64,000 nucleotides of DNA from an uncultured Victivallales bacterium. Lineage in GTDB: Bacteria > Verrucomicrobiota > Lentisphaeria > Victivallales > UBA1829. Positions within the stretch are counted from its first letter, which is position 1; each line of letters opens with the position of its first letter. The stretch lies in assembly GCA_944390735.1 (NCBI GenBank), contig CALXRL010000021.1, positions 17,059 to 81,058 of the forward strand. Direction: 5' to 3'. This document shows positions 39,668-48,934 of the stretch, piece by piece. The notes under the pieces are model-generated. The model saw only the letters and a list, made by a program, of their open reading frames with translations. It was not told where the DNA came from and did no database searches. The translations under genes were made by a program, and so were the position numbers.

Positions 39668-40660
39668 TCAGATTGCGTGGGAGCGCTTGCGGCGGAGCAT
39701 TTTGAGTCTCCGTCTTCGCTGTCCCGCGGTCCGCACTCTGATTTTGACATGAAGTGGAAGGGTCCGCTGATTCCGGTGCCGGTCATACAGGAACATTTGA
39801 AGAGCATTCCAGACGTTGTGCCAGAAGACGTAGAAGATCGGCCCCATCGCAATCAGGGGATTGACGAACGTCAGGGCAAGATAAAGCGTGAAGGTCGTAT
39901 TTTTCTGACCGAGAAGCTGACTGCTCTCCCGTTTGATTCTGTGGGGGACCAGAAATCCTCCGAGCCAGAAGTTGAGAATGCAGATGCCCATCGAGACCAG
40001 GGCGATTTCCAGAATGATGAGCGGCGAGACCTGCGGGTTGGTTTCCAGAAACGTGAAGGCTTCGCCCGCAATGATGAACAGCGTGCAGGACCAGAGAAAC
40101 AGCGAAAAGGTTTTGCATTTTGCGGGCCATCGGGTGGAATCGGGGAAGAGCCGACGGGTAACGAGAGCCGCCAGAGCGGGCAGTCCGATGATGAGCAGCA
40201 GCGACTTGATGATATCCGCAACGAAGGCCAGCGAGGTATTGCCCGTCACCAGCGGAAGCAGTCCGACCAGCGAGAGCGACACCCCCAGGTTTGTTATGAC
40301 AAATCCGCTGACCACATAGGCGACCCGTCCGTTCAGGAACGCCATCACCACCGGCGCCGCGTTCGCAGTCGGCGTGATTCCGACAAAGAATGCCGCAAGC
40401 GCAAGCTGCTCGTTTCCCGCAAAATGGAACAGATAGTATCCGCCGAGTCCGATTCCGAGGTTCGCCAGCAGGAGATACCAGTGCCATTTCTGCGGCTTCA
40501 GATTCCTGATCTTGATCTGGAGACAGACCAGATAGAACATCACGATCAGCAGCCAGCGGATCAGAAACGAGAGCTTCCCCACATCGGGGAAGATCGCCCC
40601 CAGGACAAACGGAATGAAAATCATTCCCGGACGAATCAGATTTTTCAGCATAAGATTCAT
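39668..40660 (-). CDS. Bile acid:sodium symporter-like membrane transporter
   Basis: About 9-10 TM helices; TPTANAAPV and GQKNT motifs. Confidence 0.7.
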   Translation of the reverse strand: MNLMLKNLIRPGMIFIPFVLGAIFPDVGKLSFLIRWLLIVMFYLVCLQIKIRNLKPQKWHWYLLLANLGIGLGGYYLFHFAGNEQLALAAFFVGITPTANAAPVVMAFLNGRVAYVVSGFVITNLGVSLSLVGLLPLVTGNTSLAFVADIIKSLLLIIGLPALAALVTRRLFPDSTRWPAKCKTFSLFLWSCTLFIIAGEAFTFLETNPQVSPLIILEIALVSMGICILNFWLGGFLVPHRIKRESSQLLGQKNTTFTLYLALTFVNPLIAMGPIFYVFWHNVWNALQMFLYDRHRNQRTLPLHVKIRVRTAGQRRRRLKMLRRKRSHAI

Positions 40661-40875
40661 GAAACGCTCCGAACCTCGTTTTGTATGGAACTTGAAATAT
40701 ATCATGCCTTTGAGAATTTTTCCACTCCATTTTCCGGAAAATTTCCACCGGAACGGAAATCCCCGTTTCAGAAAGGGATTTCCTCTTGCTATTTCCGAAA
40801 AGATTGCTATGATATCCCGTGATGCGGTTTTTCTGAAATGAAGAATGATGGAAACAACGGAAAGGAAATCAGAAT

Positions 40876-42036
40876 ATGGGAAAACGGATGCTTTTCGCGG
40901 CGCTGCTTCTGGCGGCCGGAACTTTTTTCGCCGGCTGCTGCACCGGCGGCTATTCGAATCTGAAGGACGGGGAGGCCCGCTATCCGCAGCTGAAGAAGGT
41001 GTATGACCGGATGGCTCGCGGCGAGAAGGTGAAAATCGCCTATCTCGGAGGCTCCATCACCTGGGGCGCCACGGCGACCGATCCGCAGAAGACCTCATGG
41101 CGCGCGCTTTATACCAGAAGTCTGGAGGAGAAGTTCCCGCAGGCCCATATTCAGGCGATCGACGCGGCAATCGGCGGAAAGGGGTCCGATCTTGGCGTGT
41201 TCCGCATGGATCGCGACGTCCTCGCAAACAAACCGGACATGACGCTGGTGGAATTCGCGGTCAACGACGGGCACAAGGACCGCAACGAATCATTTGAAGG
41301 CGTTCTCCGCAAACTGCACAAATCCAATCCGCAGATGGCCATTGTCGTGGTGATTGCCGGATCGGGAGACAAAAAGTTCGCTTCGATCAATCAGGACAAA
41401 TACATCGAGATTGCCAACTACTACAATCTTCCGTATGCCGACGTGGTCAACGGCGTCAATCGTCTGATCCTTGCAAACAAGCTCAAGACTCCGAAACAGA
41501 TGCTGACCGACGGCTGCCATCCGAACGATTTCGGATATACCATTTACAACCGGATTGTAACGGAATCGCTCGGTCGCGCGGCCGCTGAACCCGGGAAGGC
41601 GAAACCGTGGCCCGAAAAGCCTTTCACGGCAAACCGTTACGAATCCGCCGAGGCGATTCCGCTGGCGACTCTGCTTCCGCGGAAGAGTGCCGACTGGCGG
41701 AAAGAGGTTCCTTCCGTGGTCGGCGCCTGGTTCGACCATCAGCCGTCCCGCTGGCTCGACAGCGTGATCGTGCCCCGGAAGGACAAGGCCGTGCTGACCG
41801 TGAAGCGGATCTGTTCCGGAGTCGGCGTCTATTTTGAGACGCTCCCGAAGGGCAGTCGCTTCGAGGTGCTTGTCGACGGCAAGAAGGTGCTGGATGTCAA
41901 CACCGCCTTTTCGCAGACCAATCCCGGGCTCGGCAACCGGTTCGTCTTCCTGGAGGGACCGGCTAAGGAACGCACGATCACCATCCGGGCCGACGGACGC
42001 AATCTCCGGCTCGGAAGTCTGCTTGTGACCCGCTGA
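40876..42036 (+). CDS. SGNH/GDSL hydrolase lipoprotein
   Basis: Lipobox FAGC; YLGGSITWG, AAIGG, VEFAVND, DGCHPN. Confidence 0.88.
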   Translation: MGKRMLFAALLLAAGTFFAGCCTGGYSNLKDGEARYPQLKKVYDRMARGEKVKIAYLGGSITWGATATDPQKTSWRALYTRSLEEKFPQAHIQAIDAAIGGKGSDLGVFRMDRDVLANKPDMTLVEFAVNDGHKDRNESFEGVLRKLHKSNPQMAIVVVIAGSGDKKFASINQDKYIEIANYYNLPYADVVNGVNRLILANKLKTPKQMLTDGCHPNDFGYTIYNRIVTESLGRAAAEPGKAKPWPEKPFTANRYESAEAIPLATLLPRKSADWRKEVPSVVGAWFDHQPSRWLDSVIVPRKDKAVLTVKRICSGVGVYFETLPKGSRFEVLVDGKKVLDVNTAFSQTNPGLGNRFVFLEGPAKERTITIRADGRNLRLGSLLVTR

Positions 42037-42281
42037 CGGAGACAAACTTCCGGAGAAGGACGCGGAAAAACGTCCTTTGGCAAAACGCGTTCGGGCGAAT
42101 CGATCCCCGGACGCGTTTTCCTTTTCGGGAGAGTCCGTTTCCGTCGTTTCCTGCCGCGGGAAGGGGAACGGATGGTTTTTGTCTCCGGAAAAATGGGAGA
42201 AGAGCTTGCAATTTTCCCGATGAAAAGGTAAATTGTATGTTCAGTCATCGTTTTATTGATTTGGGAAGGAGAAGAATCATC

Positions 42282-43520
42282 ATGTCTGAGAGTTATCTGC
42301 AGAGAGCCTTTGCCCAGCGCATCGGCGGAGAAAAATTCGGCAAGGACACTAAGATTTATAAATTTGAGAAGATCAAGCGCGCCAAACGCGAGGCCATGGC
42401 GAAGAACCCCGGCGTCGCCCTGATCGACATGGGCGTCGGCGAGCCGGACGATATGGCATTCCCCTGCGTGATCGAAGCCATGCAGCGGGAGGTCGCCAAA
42501 TGGGAGAACCGCATCTATGCCGACAACGGAGTGCAGGAGTTCAAGGACGCCGCCGCCCGCTACATGAAGGCGCTGTACGGGGTGGAACTGGATCCCGTCA
42601 ACGAGATCTGCCATGCGATCGGCAGCAAGTCGGCCCTGACGCTTCTTCCGGCCTGTTTCATCAATCCCGGCGACATCACCGTCATCACCATTCCGGGCTA
42701 TCCGGTTCTGGGCACCTGGACCGAGTACCTCGGAGGGGAAATGGTCAAGCTGCCTCTGCTGGAGGAGAACGGCTTCCTGCCCGATCTGGACAGTCTGACC
42801 GAGGACCAGTGCCGACGCGCCAAACTGCTCTATCTGAACTATCCGAACAATCCCACGGGCGCGTCCGCCACGGTGGAGTTCTTTGAAAAGGCAATCGCGT
42901 TTGCGAAGAAGCACGAGATTCTGATCGTGAGCGACGCCGCGTATGCCCCGCTGAATTTTGTGGGCAAACCGCTGAGCATTCTCTCGCTTCCCGGAGGAAA
43001 GGATGTCGCCGTGGAACTGCACAGCATGTCCAAGGGTTTCAATATGACCGGATGGCGTTTGAGCTGGGTCTGCGGCAATCCGCTTGCCGTGAAGGCGTTC
43101 GCCACCGTGAAGGACAATGCCGACAGCGGTCAGTTCATCGCCATTCAGAAGGCCGCCATTGCGGCACTCGACGATCAGGCCGCGATCACACCTGCGATCA
43201 GCGCCAAATACGAGCGCCGGCTCCGCAGCATGGTGGAGACGCTTCGGAAACTCGGATTCAACGCAAAGGTTCCCGCCGGTTCCTTCTATCTGTATGTGAA
43301 GGCCCCGAAGGCCGCTTCCGATGGAACCGAATTCCACTCCGGTGAGGATTTCAGCCAGTGGCTGATTAAAACCAAGCTCATCAGCTCCGTGCCGTGGGAT
43401 GACGCCGGAAGCTATGTGCGCTTCAGTGCCACCTTTGTCGCCCGGGGCGGAGAGGCGGAGGAGAAGGCCGTTCTGGATGAGTTCGCTAAACGGCTCTCCG
43501 ACGCGCGCTTCACCTTCTGA
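42282..43520 (+). CDS. dapL: LL-diaminopimelate aminotransferase (DapL-type class I PLP aminotransferase)
   Basis: FAQRIGG..FGK..KIYKFEKIKRAK, DMGVGEPD, IGSK, NYPNNPTG, DAAY, HSMSKGFNMTGWR, DSGQF. Confidence 0.82.
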   Translation: MSESYLQRAFAQRIGGEKFGKDTKIYKFEKIKRAKREAMAKNPGVALIDMGVGEPDDMAFPCVIEAMQREVAKWENRIYADNGVQEFKDAAARYMKALYGVELDPVNEICHAIGSKSALTLLPACFINPGDITVITIPGYPVLGTWTEYLGGEMVKLPLLEENGFLPDLDSLTEDQCRRAKLLYLNYPNNPTGASATVEFFEKAIAFAKKHEILIVSDAAYAPLNFVGKPLSILSLPGGKDVAVELHSMSKGFNMTGWRLSWVCGNPLAVKAFATVKDNADSGQFIAIQKAAIAALDDQAAITPAISAKYERRLRSMVETLRKLGFNAKVPAGSFYLYVKAPKAASDGTEFHSGEDFSQWLIKTKLISSVPWDDAGSYVRFSATFVARGGEAEEKAVLDEFAKRLSDARFTF

Positions 43521-43591
43521 CCGTCTGTCCGGAAAACCGATTATTCCGCCGGGACGGGTCCGTCCCGGCGAACCACAGGCAGCAGAAAACT

Positions 43592-46573
43592 ATGAGCGAG
43601 TCCAGAACACCGGAGATCCCGGAACCGCCCACCGATACCATTTCCGGCATTGAGACGGTTCATCTGGATCTGGAAGGACTCTCCGGGAACACGGAAGCCG
43701 ATCCCGGCACCCCTCTCAATCTGGAGAATCTGGAGCTGGATTCCGACGATGTGCTTTCCACGCTCACCCGGAAACCTCCGGAGAAATACAAGTTCCGCAA
43801 GAGCATCGGACACGGCGGCATGAAGGTCGTCATCCAGGTCAAGGACCGGGATACCACACGCGATATCGCAATGGCGATTCTTCCGGATGCGCAGTCGCGT
43901 CCGCGCCGGGATATTCTCCGCTTTATCGAGGAGGCGCGCATCACCGCCAGTCTGGAGCATCCGAACATTGTTCCGGTTCATGATATCGGGGTGGACACGC
44001 ACGGCTCCCCCTACTTCACCATGAAGCTGATCAAGGGGGAGAATCTGGCTTCCGTGATCCGCAAACTGCAGGAGGGGGATCCGGATTATCTGGAAAATTA
44101 CACTCTTGACAAACTGCTGCTGGTTTTCATCAAGATCTGCAACGGCGTCGCGTTTGCCCATTCCAAGGGGGTTCTGCACCTGGATCTGAAGCCGGAGAAC
44201 ATTCAGCTGGGCGACTTCGGCGAGGTGATTATCATGGACTGGGGGCTGGCCAGAGTCATTTCGGAAAAGGATCCCGATGAGACGGAATCGCCGGAAAAGG
44301 AGTCCCCCGTTTTCGAAAACCGGACCAGCGACGGCATCCGGAAGGGAACCCCCGGCTATATGGCGCCGGAACAGGCGGCCGGGAAAAACAGCGAAAAGGA
44401 TTTTCGGACCGATGTCTATTCCCTCGGTGCGATTCTCTACTCCATGCTGACGTTCCGGAATCCTCTGCGCGGCACCACGCTGAAGGAGATGCTGACGGAA
44501 ACCGTCAACGGCATGATCGAGCCGCCGTCGAAGCGTGCGCCGGACCGGATTGTGCCCGGCGGTCTGGAGGCGGTGGTCATGAAGGCCATGGCGGTTCGTC
44601 CCGCCGATCGCTATCAGGGGGCCAAGGAGCTGCGGAACGATGTGCTGGCGTTTCTCAGCGGTCACGCGACCCATGCGGAGCGAGCCACCCCGTTCAAGAA
44701 GGCGCTGCTGTTTGCCCGGAGACATCGGACCACGGTGCTTTCGGTCTCCGTGATGCTCTTTCTTCTGCTGCTGACCGGACTTTATGCGATGCTGGAGTTT
44801 TCCCGTCAGCACGGGGACTGGATCCTGGCGTTTGAGCGGGATTTCACGGCGCCGGATGCTGCGCTGAACGGAATCGCCTTTTACGACGGCACCTTGACAA
44901 AACCGGTTCCCCCGTGGACCCTTGCCGACGGCGGATTGAAAATGCACCGCGGAGAGTGGCTCTGGCTGACCGATACCAGAATCAAGGAGAATGTGAGAAT
45001 GGTTCTGGAGGTGTTCAGCGCATCGCCCGGCAATGCGTTTGAAGTCTGTCTGAACTCCCGGTTCGAACCGCTGACCGCGTGGTGGCATCTTCCCGGCGGA
45101 TACGCGTTTCACACCTCCGGATATCGGGGGGCGATGGATCTGATTTACAGAAATGAAAAAAGCGGAGCGCCCGAGATCGTTTCCGCCGCGGCATCCGGAA
45201 TCCGGAACGGGGCGAGAAACCGTATTGAAATCGAACGGGTGAATGAGAAACTTTCCGTTACGGTCAATGGAAGAGTGCTGTCGGCGGTGGATCTGTTTCC
45301 GCTGGCGGGACGGGAATATGAGCAGATCGGACTCCGGTCCTTCGGATCGGCGTCGGTGCTCTGTTCGATGGAGGTGTTCCGTCTGGCGCTGCCGGAGAAG
45401 GCCAGTCCAGTGATCGCAGGGGACGCGCTCGTCGAGACGCGCCATTTCGAGGATGCCATCGACAAATATCTCACCATCGCGGACGACTATCTCCGCGGCC
45501 CCGTCGCCGAGGAGGCGCTTGCCAAGGCCTATGCCACCGCCGCCGGGTCCATCGCGGACGAACAGAAGCGTTCGCAGATTCTGATCAATATCAAACGGCG
45601 CATCGCCTCCCGCTTTTCCACCTTTGCCTACCGGGAGAAAATCCTGGAGATCGACGCCCTCATGCTCTGGCGCAGCGGAAACTGGAAGGCCTCCCTTTCG
45701 ATCGTCGACGACATCTTCCAGCAGAATCCGAATACGGGGATCGTGAAAAACATTCTTCAGCTTCCGCACCGGCAGCTGCCCGATTACATCATTCCGGAAC
45801 TGATGCGCAACCTCGTCCGCACGAAGGAGATTGCGCGTCTGAACCTTTCCGGCTACGGAATCCGCGATCTGACTCCGCTTTCCGGTATGAAGCTGGTGTA
45901 TCTGGACTGTTCCGACAATCAGCTGACCAGTCTGGCGGGGCTCGACGGAATGCCGCTGGAGTTTCTCGGGTGTTCCGGCAACCGGATCACGTCACTGGAA
46001 CCGCTCCGGGGGGTGCCGCTGCGGACGCTGTACTGTCAGGAAAATCTGATTCAGGATCTTTCCCCGCTGGATTCCCGGACGCTCATCGAACTGAACTGTT
46101 CCTGGAATCGTCTCTCCTCGCTGGAGAGTCTGAGGGGCTTTGCGCTGGACCGGCTTTTCTGCCGTGGCAACGGGATCGTTTCACTGGATCCCCTGCGCGG
46201 AATGCCGCTGCAGCGGCTTGACGCGGGCGTGAATCCGATCTCATCCGTGGAGGCGCTGCGCGGAATGCCGCTGGAGTTCCTGCGGCTCGATGCAACGAAG
46301 ATCGCGGATCTCTCTCCGCTGCGCGGAATGCCGCTGGCGGTTTTGGGGTTGTACAACTGCGGGAACCTTCGGGATCTTTCGCCTCTTCTGGATCTGGGCA
46401 CGCTGGAGATCCTGAGCATTTCGGAACATGGAACGGATCTTTCGCGCCTGAAGGCTCTGCCGGGACTGATTCTGATCACGTCGGAGCAATCCCTGCCGTT
46501 CGGCGGGGATTCCAAGCTGCGTGAAACCTGGCGGGAGCCGGACCATGCCAAGCCGCTTCCCCGGAAAAAATAA
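43592..46573 (+). CDS. Membrane Ser/Thr kinase with extracytoplasmic beta-rich, helical and leucine-rich-repeat domains
   Basis: IGHGGMK, FIEEARITASLEHPNIV, HLDLKPEN, DWG, GTPGYMAPE, DVYSLG; TM helix; about 9 LRRs of the form LxxLxCxxNxIxxLxPLxGMP. Confidence 0.9.
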   Translation: MSESRTPEIPEPPTDTISGIETVHLDLEGLSGNTEADPGTPLNLENLELDSDDVLSTLTRKPPEKYKFRKSIGHGGMKVVIQVKDRDTTRDIAMAILPDAQSRPRRDILRFIEEARITASLEHPNIVPVHDIGVDTHGSPYFTMKLIKGENLASVIRKLQEGDPDYLENYTLDKLLLVFIKICNGVAFAHSKGVLHLDLKPENIQLGDFGEVIIMDWGLARVISEKDPDETESPEKESPVFENRTSDGIRKGTPGYMAPEQAAGKNSEKDFRTDVYSLGAILYSMLTFRNPLRGTTLKEMLTETVNGMIEPPSKRAPDRIVPGGLEAVVMKAMAVRPADRYQGAKELRNDVLAFLSGHATHAERATPFKKALLFARRHRTTVLSVSVMLFLLLLTGLYAMLEFSRQHGDWILAFERDFTAPDAALNGIAFYDGTLTKPVPPWTLADGGLKMHRGEWLWLTDTRIKENVRMVLEVFSASPGNAFEVCLNSRFEPLTAWWHLPGGYAFHTSGYRGAMDLIYRNEKSGAPEIVSAAASGIRNGARNRIEIERVNEKLSVTVNGRVLSAVDLFPLAGREYEQIGLRSFGSASVLCSMEVFRLALPEKASPVIAGDALVETRHFEDAIDKYLTIADDYLRGPVAEEALAKAYATAAGSIADEQKRSQILINIKRRIASRFSTFAYREKILEIDALMLWRSGNWKASLSIVDDIFQQNPNTGIVKNILQLPHRQLPDYIIPELMRNLVRTKEIARLNLSGYGIRDLTPLSGMKLVYLDCSDNQLTSLAGLDGMPLEFLGCSGNRITSLEPLRGVPLRTLYCQENLIQDLSPLDSRTLIELNCSWNRLSSLESLRGFALDRLFCRGNGIVSLDPLRGMPLQRLDAGVNPISSVEALRGMPLEFLRLDATKIADLSPLRGMPLAVLGLYNCGNLRDLSPLLDLGTLEILSISEHGTDLSRLKALPGLILITSEQSLPFGGDSKLRETWREPDHAKPLPRKK
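46193..46336 (+). repeat. 63-bp-period LRR-coding repeats
   Basis: Identical 18-mer CTGCGCGGAATGCCGCTG (LRGMPL) at 46193, 46256 and 46319. Confidence 0.8.
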
Positions 46574-46636
46574 TCTTTTGCGAAAAAGAGTCCGCCGGGG
46601 AAACGGAGGGCGGGAAAAAGCGGGGAGGGGGACTTT

Positions 46637-47395
46637 TCAGCACGTCTCTTCGGTGTTCAGTTTTCTTTCGAGGGCTTCGAAAACGGTCTTCAGATCGTCA
46701 AAACGCAGTTCGGCATAACGGTCGAGCGGAGTCGGCTGCCGGTTGACGATCACAAGGGATCCACCCTGCTGCAGGACGAGTCGCGGAAGGCTCGCCGCCG
46801 GTTCCACGGTCAGGCTGCTGCCGAGGACCAGCATCAGATCGGTCTGCCGGAGCTCCTGCTCCGCGGAGATCAGCAGCGCGGAGTCGAGCGCTTCCCCGTA
46901 GAAGACAATATGCGGTTTGACCAGTCCGCAGCAGGACCCGCAGCGCGGCACCCGTCCGGCCTGCACCAGAGAGGCAATTTCGGGATAGCCATACCTTCTG
47001 CCGCAGTTCATGCAGGAGTGGACGGCGGGACTGCCGTGGAGCTCGCCCAGCTTCCGCGTCCCCGCGCGTTCATGCAGAAGATCAATGTTCTGCGTGTAGG
47101 TCATTTTGACGATTCCCCGTTTTTCAAGCTCGGCAATGACGCGGTGAACCACGTTGGGCTGATATTTGTCGAGTTCATAGAGAAAGGGTTTGGCCCATTC
47201 GTAAAAGAGTTCCGGATTCTGGATGAAACAGTCGATGGAGAGGATCTCCTCCACATCCATTCCATGGAATTTTCGGCTGTACACTCCGTTTGCGCTGCGG
47301 AAATCGGGAATCCCGGAAAGGGTGGAGATTCCGGCGCCCGTGAAAACAACGCAGTGGCGGGCGTTCTTCAGAAGTTCATAGAGGCGTTCAATCAT
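46637..47395 (-). CDS. cobB: NAD-dependent protein deacylase (sirtuin, CobB-type)
   Basis: C-terminal 252 aa of the listed 46637..50074 ORF: FTGAGISTLSGIPDFRS, TQNIDLLHERAG, ELHGS, CxxC..CxxC, KPHIVFYGE, GSSLTVEPAA; GGAGG RBS before ATG 47395. Confidence 0.92.
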   Translation of the reverse strand: MIERLYELLKNARHCVVFTGAGISTLSGIPDFRSANGVYSRKFHGMDVEEILSIDCFIQNPELFYEWAKPFLYELDKYQPNVVHRVIAELEKRGIVKMTYTQNIDLLHERAGTRKLGELHGSPAVHSCMNCGRRYGYPEIASLVQAGRVPRCGSCCGLVKPHIVFYGEALDSALLISAEQELRQTDLMLVLGSSLTVEPAASLPRLVLQQGGSLVIVNRQPTPLDRYAELRFDDLKTVFEALERKLNTEETC

Positions 47396-47605
47396 GGTAT
47401 TCCTCCTTTGGATGCCGGGGACAATGTAGCACGATCCCGTGCAAAAAGCAACCGGGGTCCCGTGGATTGATTTCCCATCGTGTTTTCGAAGCAGGAACAC
47501 CCAAAGAAAATCTTCTTTTTCCGAGCTTTTCATCTTGTAAAAATCTTTTGCGGATTTATATTTCCGTTTCAGCATATTGTTTGTTGCGGAAGGCAAGGAG
47601 TTTGT

Positions 47606-48928
47606 ATGAAAAAGACATTGAAAAACGTGGCGGAGCCGAATCTGTTCCGGGAGACCTTCTCCTACGACAGAATTCCCGCGTTCCGGCTGACCGAGAAAAC
47701 GGTGGAACCCCGTTTGCCTGGGGATTTCTGGATCACCGATACAACGTTCCGCGACGGACAGCAGGCGCGACCGCCTTATTCCGTCGAGGAGATCGTGGAG
47801 ATTTTCAAATTCATGCACCGCATCGGCGGAACGCGCGGGCTGATCCGGCAGAGCGAATTCTTCCTCTACGGGGAACAGGACCGCAAAGCGGTCGAAGCCT
47901 GCCGGGAGCTGGGATTTGAATTTCCGCAGATCACCGCATGGATCCGCGCGGTCAAAAAGGATTTTGACCTGGTCAAACGCATGGAGCTTCGCGAAACGGG
48001 AATTCTGACCTCCTGTTCCGATTATCATATTTTCCTGAAACTTCGGAAGACCCGCCGTCAGGCGCTGGATTCCTACAAGGAAATCGTGGAGGCCGCCCTC
48101 GAAAACGGCGTTGCGCCGCGGTGCCATCTGGAGGATGTCACCCGCGCGGACATCGACGGATTTGTGATCCCCATGATGAACGAACTCAATGAGCTCTGTG
48201 CGGGAAGTCCCCTGAAAGTGAAGTTCCGCCTGTGCGACACGATGGGATACGGCCTGCCGTTTCCGAATGTGCCTGCCCCCCGCGGGATCCCTGCGATTCT
48301 GAATAAAATTCTGACGGAGACCGATACCCCCTCCGAACTGCTGGAATGGCACGGACACAACGATTTTCACAAGGTGCTCGCCAATGCGGTCTGCGCCTGG
48401 ATTTACGGCTGTTCCGCCGCGAACGGAACGTTCCTCGGATTCGGGGAGCGGACCGGAAATCCGCCGATCGAAGGACTGGTCTTCGACTGGATGGGCCTCA
48501 CCGGAATCAACGAGGGAATCGATACGACGGCCATCACGGAAATGGCAAATTTCTTCCGGACGAAAATCAAGTACAACATTCCGGCGAACTATCCGTTTGT
48601 CGGAGCGGATTTCAATACGACCCGCGCGGGAATCCATGCCGACGGCCTTACGAAAAACGAGGAAATCTACAATATTTTCGATACGGAGAAATTTCTCCGC
48701 CGGCCCTGCCGCGTGGCGGTGTCGAACACGTCCGGACTTGCGGGAATCGCCTACTGGATTCAGGAGAACATTCCCGCCGGGACGAACATCCGCAAGGACA
48801 ATCCGGGAATCGTGGAGATCCGCGACTGGATCGATGCCGAATACGCAAAAGGAAGAACCACCACCATCAGCGATGAGGAGATGCTCCGGCTTGTCGGTCG
48901 TTATCTTCCGGAACTTGTGAACGGGTGA
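47606..48928 (+). CDS. Re-citrate synthase (DRE-TIM metallolyase; homocitrate/isopropylmalate synthase family)
   Basis: ITDTTFRDGQQ, EFFLY, TAWIRA, SCSDYHIF, RCHLEDVTRAD, EWHGHNDF, GERTGN, FNTTRAGIHADG..KNEEIYNIFDT match the clostridial Re-citrate synthase pattern as I recall it. Confidence 0.82.
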   Translation: MKKTLKNVAEPNLFRETFSYDRIPAFRLTEKTVEPRLPGDFWITDTTFRDGQQARPPYSVEEIVEIFKFMHRIGGTRGLIRQSEFFLYGEQDRKAVEACRELGFEFPQITAWIRAVKKDFDLVKRMELRETGILTSCSDYHIFLKLRKTRRQALDSYKEIVEAALENGVAPRCHLEDVTRADIDGFVIPMMNELNELCAGSPLKVKFRLCDTMGYGLPFPNVPAPRGIPAILNKILTETDTPSELLEWHGHNDFHKVLANAVCAWIYGCSAANGTFLGFGERTGNPPIEGLVFDWMGLTGINEGIDTTAITEMANFFRTKIKYNIPANYPFVGADFNTTRAGIHADGLTKNEEIYNIFDTEKFLRRPCRVAVSNTSGLAGIAYWIQENIPAGTNIRKDNPGIVEIRDWIDAEYAKGRTTTISDEEMLRLVGRYLPELVNG

Positions 48929-48934
48929 GAAAGC

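Noticed and set aside
39668-39780. Arg-rich C-terminal tail of the symporter as evidence of a frameshift
   Set aside because: The transporter core appears complete before the tail and no alternative-frame continuation is evident; cannot be supported without homologues.
46193-46336. CRISPR-like regularly spaced 18-nt repeats
   Set aside because: The repeats are in frame (63-bp period) within the LRR-coding region; no cas genes or leader.
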